A stretch of 44,660 bases of DNA from a bacterium (lineage in GTDB: Bacteria > UBP15 > UBA6099 > JAJRTR01): assembly GCA_024278215.1 (NCBI GenBank), contig JAJRTR010000197.1:1-44660 (forward strand). Direction: 5' to 3'. Both the position numbers and the translations under genes were made by a program. Positions 1-8,415 of the stretch are shown here, one piece after another. The notes beneath the pieces were generated by a model that saw only the letters and a program-made list of their open reading frames with translations, had not been told where the DNA came from and did not search any database. The first letter of the stretch is position 1. Each line of letters starts with the position of its first letter.

Positions 1-104
1 AGATCAGCATAAAAAATGCCTCATGGCTTGCGAAAGATCCCCTCGATTATGCTACTTTCAGAGAGCACGACGGGGAAATACAATATGGCCCTTATGAGGG
101 TTGA
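1..104 (+). CDS. 3' end of a FapA/DUF342-family protein (gene starts upstream of the window)
   Basis: The frame from nt 3 reads ISIKNASWLAKDPLDYATFREHDGEIQYGPYEG*. This aligns with the C-terminus of the FapA at 2011..3480 (KIITPNASLAVKDEFSFCSFSEHKEEIMFGPYG*). It is not in the ORF track. Confidence 0.7.
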   Translation, partial: ISIKNASWLAKDPLDYATFREHDGEIQYGPYEG

Positions 105-186
105 CAGTGTCCTCGGCACCATTCTTATCTTCCTGCCGGTTTTTCAAGCATGATATTTTCTGCGGCAATACACATAAAGCAATATC

Positions 187-710
187 ATGGTGAACAACAT
201 AACAATATTCGATGATCCACGGGCGACTATTGAGCCAATTTCAAAATTATGTTCGTAGCGAGATCGAGCGAAATTGTACAGAGCAAGGCGGAGGTGTAAA
301 ATCCTCGCAGGCGTACTTGTAGAGTACGTCGAGGACAATTTTGTGCCGACAACGCAGCTATGGACAATAGCAGCCGACCGCAGCAGAATCAGAATTTTGC
401 AATTGGCTCTATTGAAAATACTGCTCTGGTTTCGAGATTTCTCGATTATGTGCAGTTCCAAACGCAGACCGATGAAAAAAGTGTGTCATGGCGGCAGAGC
501 GATGGAAGCTGCCATGCTTGCCGGAATTGCTCCGGCACTCTGCCCGATGCGCGGTGGGACCGACGGCACTGTACTCACTGCTAAAGGGCTTCCGACTTTT
601 AACTTTTCTTTGGAGGCGTCAACTACCACGGTCCGCAGGAATGGACTTCTACTCGCGCTATGGCACTCTCCTTCTGCACGATCCTGAACCTTGTTCAACT
701 CCGGTCGTAA
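187..710 (+). pseudogene. pepT: Peptidase T (tripeptide aminopeptidase, M20B) remnant with a MITE insertion, a large internal deletion and a frameshift
   Basis: Removing 232..413 restores MVNNITIFDDPRATI|ENTALVSRFLDYVQFQTQTDEKS, a PepT N-terminus. This joins directly to the C-terminal PMRGGTDGTVLTAKGLPTFN and, after a frameshift, to FGGVNYHGPQEWTSTRAMALSFCTILNLVQLRS*. Confidence 0.8.
232..409. mobile_element. 178-bp MITE (ERIC-like) with terminal inverted repeats and a 4-bp target-site duplication
   Basis: The ends are GAGCCAATTTCAAAATT ... AATTTTGCAATTGGCTC, flanked by TATT at 228-231 and 410-413. A full-length inverted copy lies at 20332..20509. Confidence 0.88.
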
Positions 711-828
711 CAGTAGACGAATACATGGAGATGATTAGGAAGCACTTCCACAATTCACATAATTTGCTCTTTGCGTCATATTCGGTTTTCTTTTTCATCA
801 TATCACTTATGTTGCCCCACACAGAATC

Positions 829-837
829 TGCTATAAT
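829..837 (+). promoter_or_regulatory. Extended -10 promoter element upstream of archaemetzincin
   Basis: TGCTATAAT about 30 nt upstream of ATG 866. Confidence 0.4.
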
Positions 838-865
838 ATAAACAAAGTGAGAGTATGGCGACCGC

Positions 866-1663
866 ATGAAAAAGCTGCTGAAATATTTTTTTACTATCTG
901 TCTGTTTACCACCATCACTGCTGCCTTCACCGCAAACACAATGGCCGGGGAAACGCAGGCTGTCGCCGCTACTGCCACAGTCTCTACGCCCGCTTTTTAT
1001 ATCTATCTCTACGACAATATCGATCCGGAACTCGTCAGGAAAATCATTCCTATGTTGAAGGAAGCCCTCTTCGACATGGAATTTGTAATTGTGCCTGAAA
1101 AACTCGAGGTGCCTGAAAGCGCATGGGTGGAAGTGCGTAAAAAGTATTATGCAGGCGACATCCTTAAGCAACTCGCAGCAATCAAACCTGAAAATGCAAT
1201 CGCTGTTGTAGGCATTCTCGATGTGGACATATTCGTCGGCAGGCATCCTTACGTCAAAGGGCTCTCGAACCCTGCCATCGGAACATCCGTTGTCTCTGTA
1301 AAAAGACTCCGGGAGTACGCATCCGAGTACCGTTTCAAGCTGCGGCTTGCAAAGGAGATACTGCACGAACTTGGCCACCTGCTCGGTCAGGAACACTGCC
1401 AGTACCCCAGGCACTGCGTCATGGGCTATTCGACAACACTTGCGCAACTCGACGCGAAATCAAGGTTCTTCTGCCCGTATCATAAAGAGCAGATTTTAAA
1501 GGAACTAAAAGATAGAGGCCTCTCACCGCAAAAGCATAAACTGCCCGAACTGCCTCCGGTCAATACCGCTGAGAAAGACAAGGTGAAAAATCGAGATAAT
1601 GAAAAAGCCGAGTCATCCTCCCGGGAGACGGCGGAAACCACACTCGATTTTATCGTGGATTGA
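866..1663 (+). CDS. Archaemetzincin-family Zn metalloprotease (peptidase M54) with a signal peptide
   Basis: KEILHELGHLLGQEHC..HCVM..S.....LD.K...FC..H matches HEXXHXXGXXHCX4CXMX17CXX(C/H). The N-terminus is a hydrophobic signal. Confidence 0.85.
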   Translation: MKKLLKYFFTICLFTTITAAFTANTMAGETQAVAATATVSTPAFYIYLYDNIDPELVRKIIPMLKEALFDMEFVIVPEKLEVPESAWVEVRKKYYAGDILKQLAAIKPENAIAVVGILDVDIFVGRHPYVKGLSNPAIGTSVVSVKRLREYASEYRFKLRLAKEILHELGHLLGQEHCQYPRHCVMGYSTTLAQLDAKSRFFCPYHKEQILKELKDRGLSPQKHKLPELPPVNTAEKDKVKNRDNEKAESSSRETAETTLDFIVD

Positions 1664-1695
1664 TTATTTGTATGCTTTCACATCGTAACAATTAT

Positions 1696-1955
1696 GAGCC
1701 AATTGCAAAATTCTGATTCTGCTGCGGTCGGCAGCTGCAAGTATCCATAGCCCGGATTTCTCAAAAAGAAATCCGGAAAACCGTGAGAAGCCCCATTCCA
1801 CTGCGTTGCGGTGGCGATTCGGGATCGGTCAATTACCGGCATTTTGCGCGCAAGAGGCCGGCTGGCCGGCTGTTCCCTCACCACTCACTTATGGGCATTC
1901 TCCCGATTTTTGGCTCGCATTGGTGAAACCTGCGCCATAATTTCAAAATGGTGTC
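1696..1955. mobile_element. MITE family member, about 260 bp, with an alternative internal module
   Basis: It starts GAGCCAATTGCAAAATTCTGATTCTGCTGCGGTCGG, the same end as 232..409. It has an internal hairpin GGATTTCT-CAAAA-AGAAATCC, and its interior is the reverse complement of about 20018..20211. Confidence 0.8.
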
Positions 1956-2010
1956 AACCCCAAATATGCCGGATCAGGAGGTCTGACGTTTTTGAAGGAG
2001 AGAGGCAATA

Positions 2011-3480
2011 TTATCCGTAAGGGCCGAACATGATTTCTTCTTTGTGTTCGGAGAAGCTGCAGAAGCTGAATTCGTCTTTGACTGCGAGCGATGCGTTGGG
2101 TGTGATGATTTTTACGCCCGGATGCACAACGTTTCGAACTTTGCAGATGCCGCCTTTGAGCGCGTTGATCTTGTCCATGAGGAACCGCAATTTGCCGGAC
2201 TGCTCTTCTATCTCGTCGTTAAGCTGGTGGAATGCTGGAATTATTTTTCGCAGCAGTTCTTCTTTTTCTGCGGGCAGGGTGCCTTCTTTTTTTTGCTTGA
2301 GAAGTGTTTTCAGGTTGAGGTTGATCTTTTCACGTTTTTCACGTTTCTCTTCTATCTCGCGGCTGAGTTCGTTACGGATTTTCATTGTTTTGGGGCCGAG
2401 CCCGATTTCGACGATCGTTTCGGTGAACGAAGTCGAGCCGAGTTCGGTGACATCGCATATTTTGCCGCAAACGATCTTGCCGCCGATGATGCTGCCCCTG
2501 GGGTTGTTCAGAATGATATTTTCGCCGGCTGTCAGGTTGCTGTGTCGCGATGCCTGCAGGATAGTGATGTTCCTGCCGGCCTCGACATTGCCGCTCTCGA
2601 CCGAGCGGATCGTGACGGAGCCGCCGGCGACGATTGTTCCCTCGTTGAGTCCGTAGAGGCCCCCGCCGATGAGTATGTCGTTTCCTGCTTCCACTATCGC
2701 TTTTTCAACGTTTCCTTTAACCTGGATGTCATAGACAGCTTTAACTTTGAAATCCGCGAGTACGTTTCCATGCACGAGCACAGAGCCGTCGAAGTCGATG
2801 TTGCCGATTGCGAAATCCACATCACCGGCGACTTCGTATACCGGGCTGACGAACAGTTTGCCGTCCCGCAGTATCGGCTGTCCGCATATTTTCGAAATAA
2901 CGGACTGACCGTCTTCGGATAGTTCGGCGTTTTCGCCGACTACAATGTCCACATCGCGCCCCTGAAGCGCAGGGGTTTCGCTGCCCATGACATCCGTGCC
3001 GGGTTTGCCGGGCCGGGGCGGTATTTTCTCGGCGATTACCGCGCCTTCCGCTACGCTCTGCACAAGATTCAACTCGTGATGATCCACATTTCCGTAGTTG
3101 TCTTCCTCGAGCCTGATATCGTCTTTTTTTGTGTTGAATTTATAGTCTATGCGTGCGCTGATCCCGTTTGTTGGTGCGACGCCGTGTGCGACCGGTACAA
3201 AAACATTGTACGAGCCATAAAGGAAAATCTCCCGGATAGCGTCTTCGTCTATCCCGCAGACAACTCCCGCTGCCTTCAATGCTTTTTTTACGTCTTTCGC
3301 GTCTATATCCTGGTCGCACTCGACGGGCGGCCTGACTTTAACCGATGCCTTGAGATTGTCATCGCTTATATGTACAGTTACGGCGGCGTCCGAATCGTGT
3401 TTGTCGGCGATCCTTTTATCGAAACCATCGAGACTTCGTATTATGTCGTCTTCCCATGTGGATTTATCTTTTGCGTTCAT
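2011..3480 (-). CDS. FapA (DUF342) flagellar assembly protein A family
   Basis: Typical motifs are present: VDHHELNLVQSV.EG.VIAEKIPP..G.PG.DV.G, VYEVAGDVDFAIGNIDFDGSVLVHGNV, a coiled coil, and VHPGVKI. The start is probably ATG 3480, although the ORF extends to 3552. Confidence 0.88.
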   Translation of the reverse strand: MNAKDKSTWEDDIIRSLDGFDKRIADKHDSDAAVTVHISDDNLKASVKVRPPVECDQDIDAKDVKKALKAAGVVCGIDEDAIREIFLYGSYNVFVPVAHGVAPTNGISARIDYKFNTKKDDIRLEEDNYGNVDHHELNLVQSVAEGAVIAEKIPPRPGKPGTDVMGSETPALQGRDVDIVVGENAELSEDGQSVISKICGQPILRDGKLFVSPVYEVAGDVDFAIGNIDFDGSVLVHGNVLADFKVKAVYDIQVKGNVEKAIVEAGNDILIGGGLYGLNEGTIVAGGSVTIRSVESGNVEAGRNITILQASRHSNLTAGENIILNNPRGSIIGGKIVCGKICDVTELGSTSFTETIVEIGLGPKTMKIRNELSREIEEKREKREKINLNLKTLLKQKKEGTLPAEKEELLRKIIPAFHQLNDEIEEQSGKLRFLMDKINALKGGICKVRNVVHPGVKIITPNASLAVKDEFSFCSFSEHKEEIMFGPYG

Positions 3481-3669
3481 TGCCGCGATCCTTTCATAGA
3501 TAATTTTACAATTGGCTCTTATAAGTGTTTTACCTTGTGGCGGGTTTTCCAAACGTGATTTATGTCAATAACGGATTATATGCGATAATTTGCTGTTATA
3601 TGCGGCTCAAAATAATATATTTTTTGTTCAGGTTGTATAATGAACCGTGAAAGGTGTCGAGAGTCGAAA

Positions 3670-5067
3670 ATGGCGAAGAAAGAAATACGGCTGATATGGG
3701 AGCGCAGCGCGCGAGGCCCGGCGGAGCATAAGTGCGATTTCAGACGCGTCGAAAGATACGGCGGGAGGGACGACGCGTCCGGTCAGTGCCGAATGTATCA
3801 CGGCGACAATATGGCGGCGATGTGTGATGTCGCCTGCGAATATGCAGGCGGAATCGACCTGATATACATTGATCCGCCGTATGGCACCGGCAGGCGGCTG
3901 AGCAGCAGGTTGCGGAGCAGGGCAGGGGAGTCGCCGCCTGTCGAGTGCAGCGCGTTCGACGACAGGTGGGGCGGCGGTCCCGCGGAATATATGGATATGC
4001 TTGCGCCCAGGCTGGAGATGATGTGCAACTTATTGTCGCCTCGCGGCTCGATCTATGTACATGCGGACTGGCGTATGGTCCACTACATAAAAGTTTTTAT
4101 GGATGAGATATTCGGTCGTGAAATGTTCCAGAATGAAATCGTCTGGTGCTACAGGGAAGCGGTGAACTCGAAAAAAAGATGGAACCGTAAACACGACACA
4201 ATTCTTTTTTATTCGAAAAGCGATAAGTTTACATTCAATTATTCAGAAGTGCTTGAACCGCACGCGGAATCTACATTGAAGAAGTACAGGCGCGGTGACG
4301 AGAAAGGCCCGTACAGGCTTATGGGGCGGGGGTTGAAGGGCAGCCCCATCAGGTCGGCACGCGACGTCGCTCCCGAATGGGAGCAAAAACATCCCGAACT
4401 AACCTACAGGCACTACCTGCCCGCCGGAAAACTTCCGGTCGATTACTGGAATATCGACATCGTCAACCAGGCGGCGCATGAGCGCACCGGATACGCAACA
4501 CAGAAACCCGAATCACTGCTCGAAAGAATAGTGCTCGCGTCGTCGAATCCGGGTGATATTGTCGCGGATTTCTTCTGTGGTTCGGGCACAACACCTGTTG
4601 TGGCGCAGAAACTCGGACGCCGCTGGATCGCTTGCGATGCGCAGAAAAGGTCGATTCATATCACACGGAAAAGGCTTCTGGCACTGGACAAACCGATTGA
4701 ATTTGAAATCCTTTCGGCAGGCGGTCTATATCAAAGTCCGGATAAAAAGCGGGATGACTCTCTTTTCGACATAGCGGAATATAGCGGCGAATCAAATGCG
4801 TTTTCAGTAGTTCTCAAGGAAATGAAAAGCAGCGAAAAAGATGAAAACGGCAAAACTGCTGCTGGAAATAATATCGAGTTCTGGGCGATAGACCCGGAAT
4901 ACGACGGTACTGTATTTCGTCCTCAATGGTGGACAATCAAGAGAAACAAGAGAGGCGCGGTCGATGTCGAATCACCGGTGTTGCGAAAAAATGGTGACAC
5001 TGCTGTTGCGATCATTGCGGGTTTTGAAGACGGCGAGCAGTGTAAGATAGTTCGAAGAAGTGTTTAA
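3670..5067 (+). CDS. Site-specific DNA amino-methyltransferase (N6/N4, beta class, Mod-like)
   Basis: The catalytic motif IDLIYIDPPY precedes YATQKPESLLERIV and the SAM-binding VADFFCGSGTT. Confidence 0.9.
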   Translation: MAKKEIRLIWERSARGPAEHKCDFRRVERYGGRDDASGQCRMYHGDNMAAMCDVACEYAGGIDLIYIDPPYGTGRRLSSRLRSRAGESPPVECSAFDDRWGGGPAEYMDMLAPRLEMMCNLLSPRGSIYVHADWRMVHYIKVFMDEIFGREMFQNEIVWCYREAVNSKKRWNRKHDTILFYSKSDKFTFNYSEVLEPHAESTLKKYRRGDEKGPYRLMGRGLKGSPIRSARDVAPEWEQKHPELTYRHYLPAGKLPVDYWNIDIVNQAAHERTGYATQKPESLLERIVLASSNPGDIVADFFCGSGTTPVVAQKLGRRWIACDAQKRSIHITRKRLLALDKPIEFEILSAGGLYQSPDKKRDDSLFDIAEYSGESNAFSVVLKEMKSSEKDENGKTAAGNNIEFWAIDPEYDGTVFRPQWWTIKRNKRGAVDVESPVLRKNGDTAVAIIAGFEDGEQCKIVRRSV

Positions 5068-5129
5068 AAAGCTGGAGCCGCTTGCAGCAATCTGTTCTGT
5101 GTAGGGGACGGCAACGCCGGGGCAGGGGA

Positions 5130-5501
5130 TTACGCGCTTTCGATCTTTCTGATAGCCTGTAGAGCAGTTTTCTTGAGATAGGGGTCTCTGTCGTTTGTGA
5201 GTTTTTTCAATTCGTGTACTGCGGCAGCGGCCTTTTTGTAGCCCAGTGTTTTGGCGGCATTCCTGCGGACTGCAAAATCTTTATCGCCAAGTGCTTCGAT
5301 GAGCGCGGGGATAACTTCCGGGTCTTCGAATTTTCTTAATATATATGTCGCCTGCGACCTGACAGTGGGGTTTCCATTCTTCAGGGCACGAATCCATTGT
5401 TCGGCGTTGTTGTCGGTATATCCCATATACATCCCTGGCAAAGCATCTTCAGTAATGCTCATTAGACAATGGATTATAATACTCGTATTTGCATTTTTCA
5501 A
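5130..5501 (-). CDS. HEAT/PBS-lyase repeat protein
   Basis: Repeats ALKNGNPTVRSQA, ALIEALGDKDFAVRRNAAKTLG and LTNDRDPYLKKTA. Confidence 0.7.
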   Translation of the reverse strand: MKNANTSIIIHCLMSITEDALPGMYMGYTDNNAEQWIRALKNGNPTVRSQATYILRKFEDPEVIPALIEALGDKDFAVRRNAAKTLGYKKAAAAVHELKKLTNDRDPYLKKTALQAIRKIESA

Positions 5502-5556
5502 ACAGAAAAATCCTATTAAAAACTATGAAATTTACAACTTTGAGCGTAATCTCCGA

Positions 5557-6705
5557 TCATGAAGGCCTGGCCAGGACACTGCGCGCGATAACCATTCTCT
5601 GAACTTCGCTTGTGCCTTCGTATATCTCTGTAACTTTAGCGTCGCGGTTGTAGCGCTCGACATCATATTCTTTGCTGTAGCCGTAGCCGCCGTGTATCTG
5701 GACGGCGGTGTTTGCGACTTTTGTGGCGGTTGCGCTGCAATAGAGTTTCGCCATGGCTGCCTCCGCGGAGTACGGCATGCCGGAGTCTTTATACGCGCAG
5801 GCTCTGTAGAGCAGAAGGCGAGCGGCGTCGATCTGCGTCGCCATGTCGGCGAGATAATTCTGTATTGTCTGAAATGAGGAAATCGGTTTTCTGAACTGCT
5901 GTCGTTCTTTCGAGTATTTTACTGCGGCCTCGAACGATGCCTGGGCGATGCCTAGCGCCTGTGCGGCGATGCCGAGCCTGCCGGTGTCAAGTGTTTTAAG
6001 GCCGATCTTCAGTCCGTCACCGCGTTTTCCGAGCAGATTGCCGAGCGGCACACGGCAGTCTTCCATGAAAAGAGACGATACAGGATTGGCTCTCATGCCG
6101 CAGAGATCTTCTATCTCGCCTACCGAATATCCGGGTGTGTCGTTTTCGACAATAAAAACACTTGCAGCGCGTCTCGGGTTATCGGGGTCGGTTACTGCGA
6201 ATATCAGCGCCGTTCCGCACACTCCGCCGTTCGTGACAAATATCTTTGTTCCATTTATTGTATATCCGCCGTTTTCCTCGACAGCGTTCGTTTCCACACC
6301 GCCCGCGTCGGAACCGGCGTTTGCCTCGGTGATGCAGAACGCTCCTATTTTCTCGCCGCGCGCGAGCGGTGGTATGAACTTTTCTTTCTGTTCCTTTGTG
6401 CCGAAAACGTAAAGCGGGTAAACGCAAACGCTGTTGTGGACAGTCACACACAGCCCGATCGCGGCGCACACACGAGAAAGCTCTTCGATGACAATGGCGT
6501 AGCTTATCGTGTCGAGACCCGCACCGCCATATTCCGGCGGCACCTGGAGTCCGAAGTAATTGAGCTTCCCCATTTTCTCGATCACTTCCACGGGGAAGCG
6601 TGCTTCGCGGTCGATTTCCGCCGCGATGGAGCCAAGCTCGGCCTCGGCAAATTCGCGCGTTGTCTTGCGGATCACTTTGTGTTTCATGCAAGGATTGAAG
6701 TCCAA
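5557..6705 (-). CDS. Acyl-CoA dehydrogenase (short/branched-chain type)
   Basis: GAFCITEANAGSD, INGTKIFVTNG, QIHGGYGY, RDAKVTEIYEGTSEVQR. Confidence 0.95.
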   Translation of the reverse strand: MDFNPCMKHKVIRKTTREFAEAELGSIAAEIDREARFPVEVIEKMGKLNYFGLQVPPEYGGAGLDTISYAIVIEELSRVCAAIGLCVTVHNSVCVYPLYVFGTKEQKEKFIPPLARGEKIGAFCITEANAGSDAGGVETNAVEENGGYTINGTKIFVTNGGVCGTALIFAVTDPDNPRRAASVFIVENDTPGYSVGEIEDLCGMRANPVSSLFMEDCRVPLGNLLGKRGDGLKIGLKTLDTGRLGIAAQALGIAQASFEAAVKYSKERQQFRKPISSFQTIQNYLADMATQIDAARLLLYRACAYKDSGMPYSAEAAMAKLYCSATATKVANTAVQIHGGYGYSKEYDVERYNRDAKVTEIYEGTSEVQRMVIARSVLARPS

Positions 6706-6901
6706 TTTCGTTACCCCGTAAAATCGTTATTATCGTGAACCGACTGCACATTCATGATTATCGCATAAACTTATTATGATAGAAAATAGAATGAAGTAAC
6801 AAGATGAAGAATACAAGTTCCTTGAAGAAAAAATGTGCAATTGATAATATAAAACTGCGCAGTTGAAAGTGTGCCGCAACAAAAATGGAGGACACAGTCC
6901 A

Positions 6902-7855
6902 ATGTATATAGTAACAGGTGGAGCGGGTTTCATCGGCAGCCATATAGTCAGGGGCCTTAACGACAGGGGAGTCACGGATATACTTGTTGTCGACGATCTC
7001 AAGAACGGAATGAAGATATTCAATCTCAACGATTGCAAGATGTCGGATTACATGGACGCGGCGGAGTTAGAGTCCATGCTGGACCGTGGCGCGCTAGGTG
7101 GCGACATCACCGCGATACTGCATCAGGGCGCGTGTTCCGACACTATGGAATATGATGGTCGGTATATGATGAAAACGAATTTTACTTTCTCAAAAAAGCT
7201 GCTGCATTTCGCACTCGAAAAAAAGATTCCGTTAGTTTATGCATCAAGCGCTTCGGTGTACGGAGCGAACACGGAGTTCAAGGAAATACCCGCAAACGAA
7301 CACCCGATAAATGTCTACGCGTTCTCGAAACTCGTGTTCGACCAGCATGTCAGAAAGCTTCTCGAAGGCGCTGAGAGCACAGTAGTCGGGCTTCGCTATT
7401 TCAATGTCTACGGTCCGCGGGAGACGCTCAAGGGAAAGATGGCGTCGATGGTTTATCAACTATACAGGCAGGTAAAGGAAACCGGCAGTGCACGACTGTT
7501 CGAGGGAACCGCAGGTTACGGCGACGGCGAGCAGCGGCGTGATTTTATTTACGTCGGCGATGTTGTAGACATCAACCTGCATTTCGCCGATGCCCCCGTC
7601 ACAAAAGGTATTTTCAATGCCGGAACTGGAAAGAGCCGCACGTTCAATGCCATTGCCCGCGCATTTATCAAACAATTCGGTAAGGGAACAATCGAGTATA
7701 TACCGTTCAACAAAACGCTTGAAGGCAAATACCAGAGCTTCACAGAGGCCGACCCCACAGCACTACGCGCCGCTGGGTATAAGAAGGAATTCACGGGGCT
7801 TGAGGAGGGCATCGCAGCCTGTTTCAAAGAATGGGAAGCGGGCAGGGCGATTTGA
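6902..7855 (+). CDS. hldD: ADP-L-glycero-D-manno-heptose 6-epimerase
   Basis: MYIVTGGAGFIGSHIV..LN..G.TDILVVDDL, HQGACSDTME, YASSASVYG, GLRYFNVYGP.E..KG.MAS, KYQSFTEAD. A GGAGG RBS precedes ATG 6902. Confidence 0.93.
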   Translation: MYIVTGGAGFIGSHIVRGLNDRGVTDILVVDDLKNGMKIFNLNDCKMSDYMDAAELESMLDRGALGGDITAILHQGACSDTMEYDGRYMMKTNFTFSKKLLHFALEKKIPLVYASSASVYGANTEFKEIPANEHPINVYAFSKLVFDQHVRKLLEGAESTVVGLRYFNVYGPRETLKGKMASMVYQLYRQVKETGSARLFEGTAGYGDGEQRRDFIYVGDVVDINLHFADAPVTKGIFNAGTGKSRTFNAIARAFIKQFGKGTIEYIPFNKTLEGKYQSFTEADPTALRAAGYKKEFTGLEEGIAACFKEWEAGRAI

Positions 7856-7903
7856 AACGGATTTCGTGAACCTGTTCCTCAGGGATATGCCTGAACCCGC
7901 ATG

Positions 7904-8386
7904 TTATTCTTTCTTGAATGATTCGGAAACAGCGAGATTCACTTCAAGTTTTCCTGTGGACATATCGAGCGGAATGACGATTGTCTTTATATGCTCCTGG
8001 CAGGATATTTCCATTTGCCTGCCGGTGATAACGGATGGCGGGGTTATGTCGGTAGAGTAACCGGCGTCCGCGAGTCCTATGGTGGCGTTGGCGGTGATCA
8101 TATTCGACATCTCTGCGAGTGCGCTCTGAGCGAATTCGTCGAGCTCAAAGATTTTCTCTTCCATGAGCATGACAGCGGCAATGCCTTTAGCGGTTTCCAC
8201 CGACATAGTGATTACAACCTGACCCGTCAATGCGCCGGTTATACCGACGATGATGGCCACATCGTAAGTCTTATACGGGTACTTGTCTCTAAGAAATATT
8301 TTTCCTTTAGATGGTGCTTCTCCGACTGTGCTTTCGATAATGCTTACAATAGATTTTATAAATGGATTAAGAAATTCCGCTTTCAT
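7904..8386 (-). CDS. cheX: Chemotaxis phosphatase CheX
   Basis: MKAEFLNPFI, IVGITG.L.G, SALAEMSNMITANA (E-x2-N motif), DITPP.VI.G. Confidence 0.88.
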   Translation of the reverse strand: MKAEFLNPFIKSIVSIIESTVGEAPSKGKIFLRDKYPYKTYDVAIIVGITGALTGQVVITMSVETAKGIAAVMLMEEKIFELDEFAQSALAEMSNMITANATIGLADAGYSTDITPPSVITGRQMEISCQEHIKTIVIPLDMSTGKLEVNLAVSESFKKE

Positions 8387-8415
8387 TATTCTGGCTCCTT
8401 ATAAAGTTGCATTGT

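Noticed and set aside
1678-2020. Short ORFs here and at 20021..20437 sharing ARGRLAGCSLTTHL
   Set aside because: The shared peptide is a by-product of the DNA repeat. Starts and frames are not conserved between copies.
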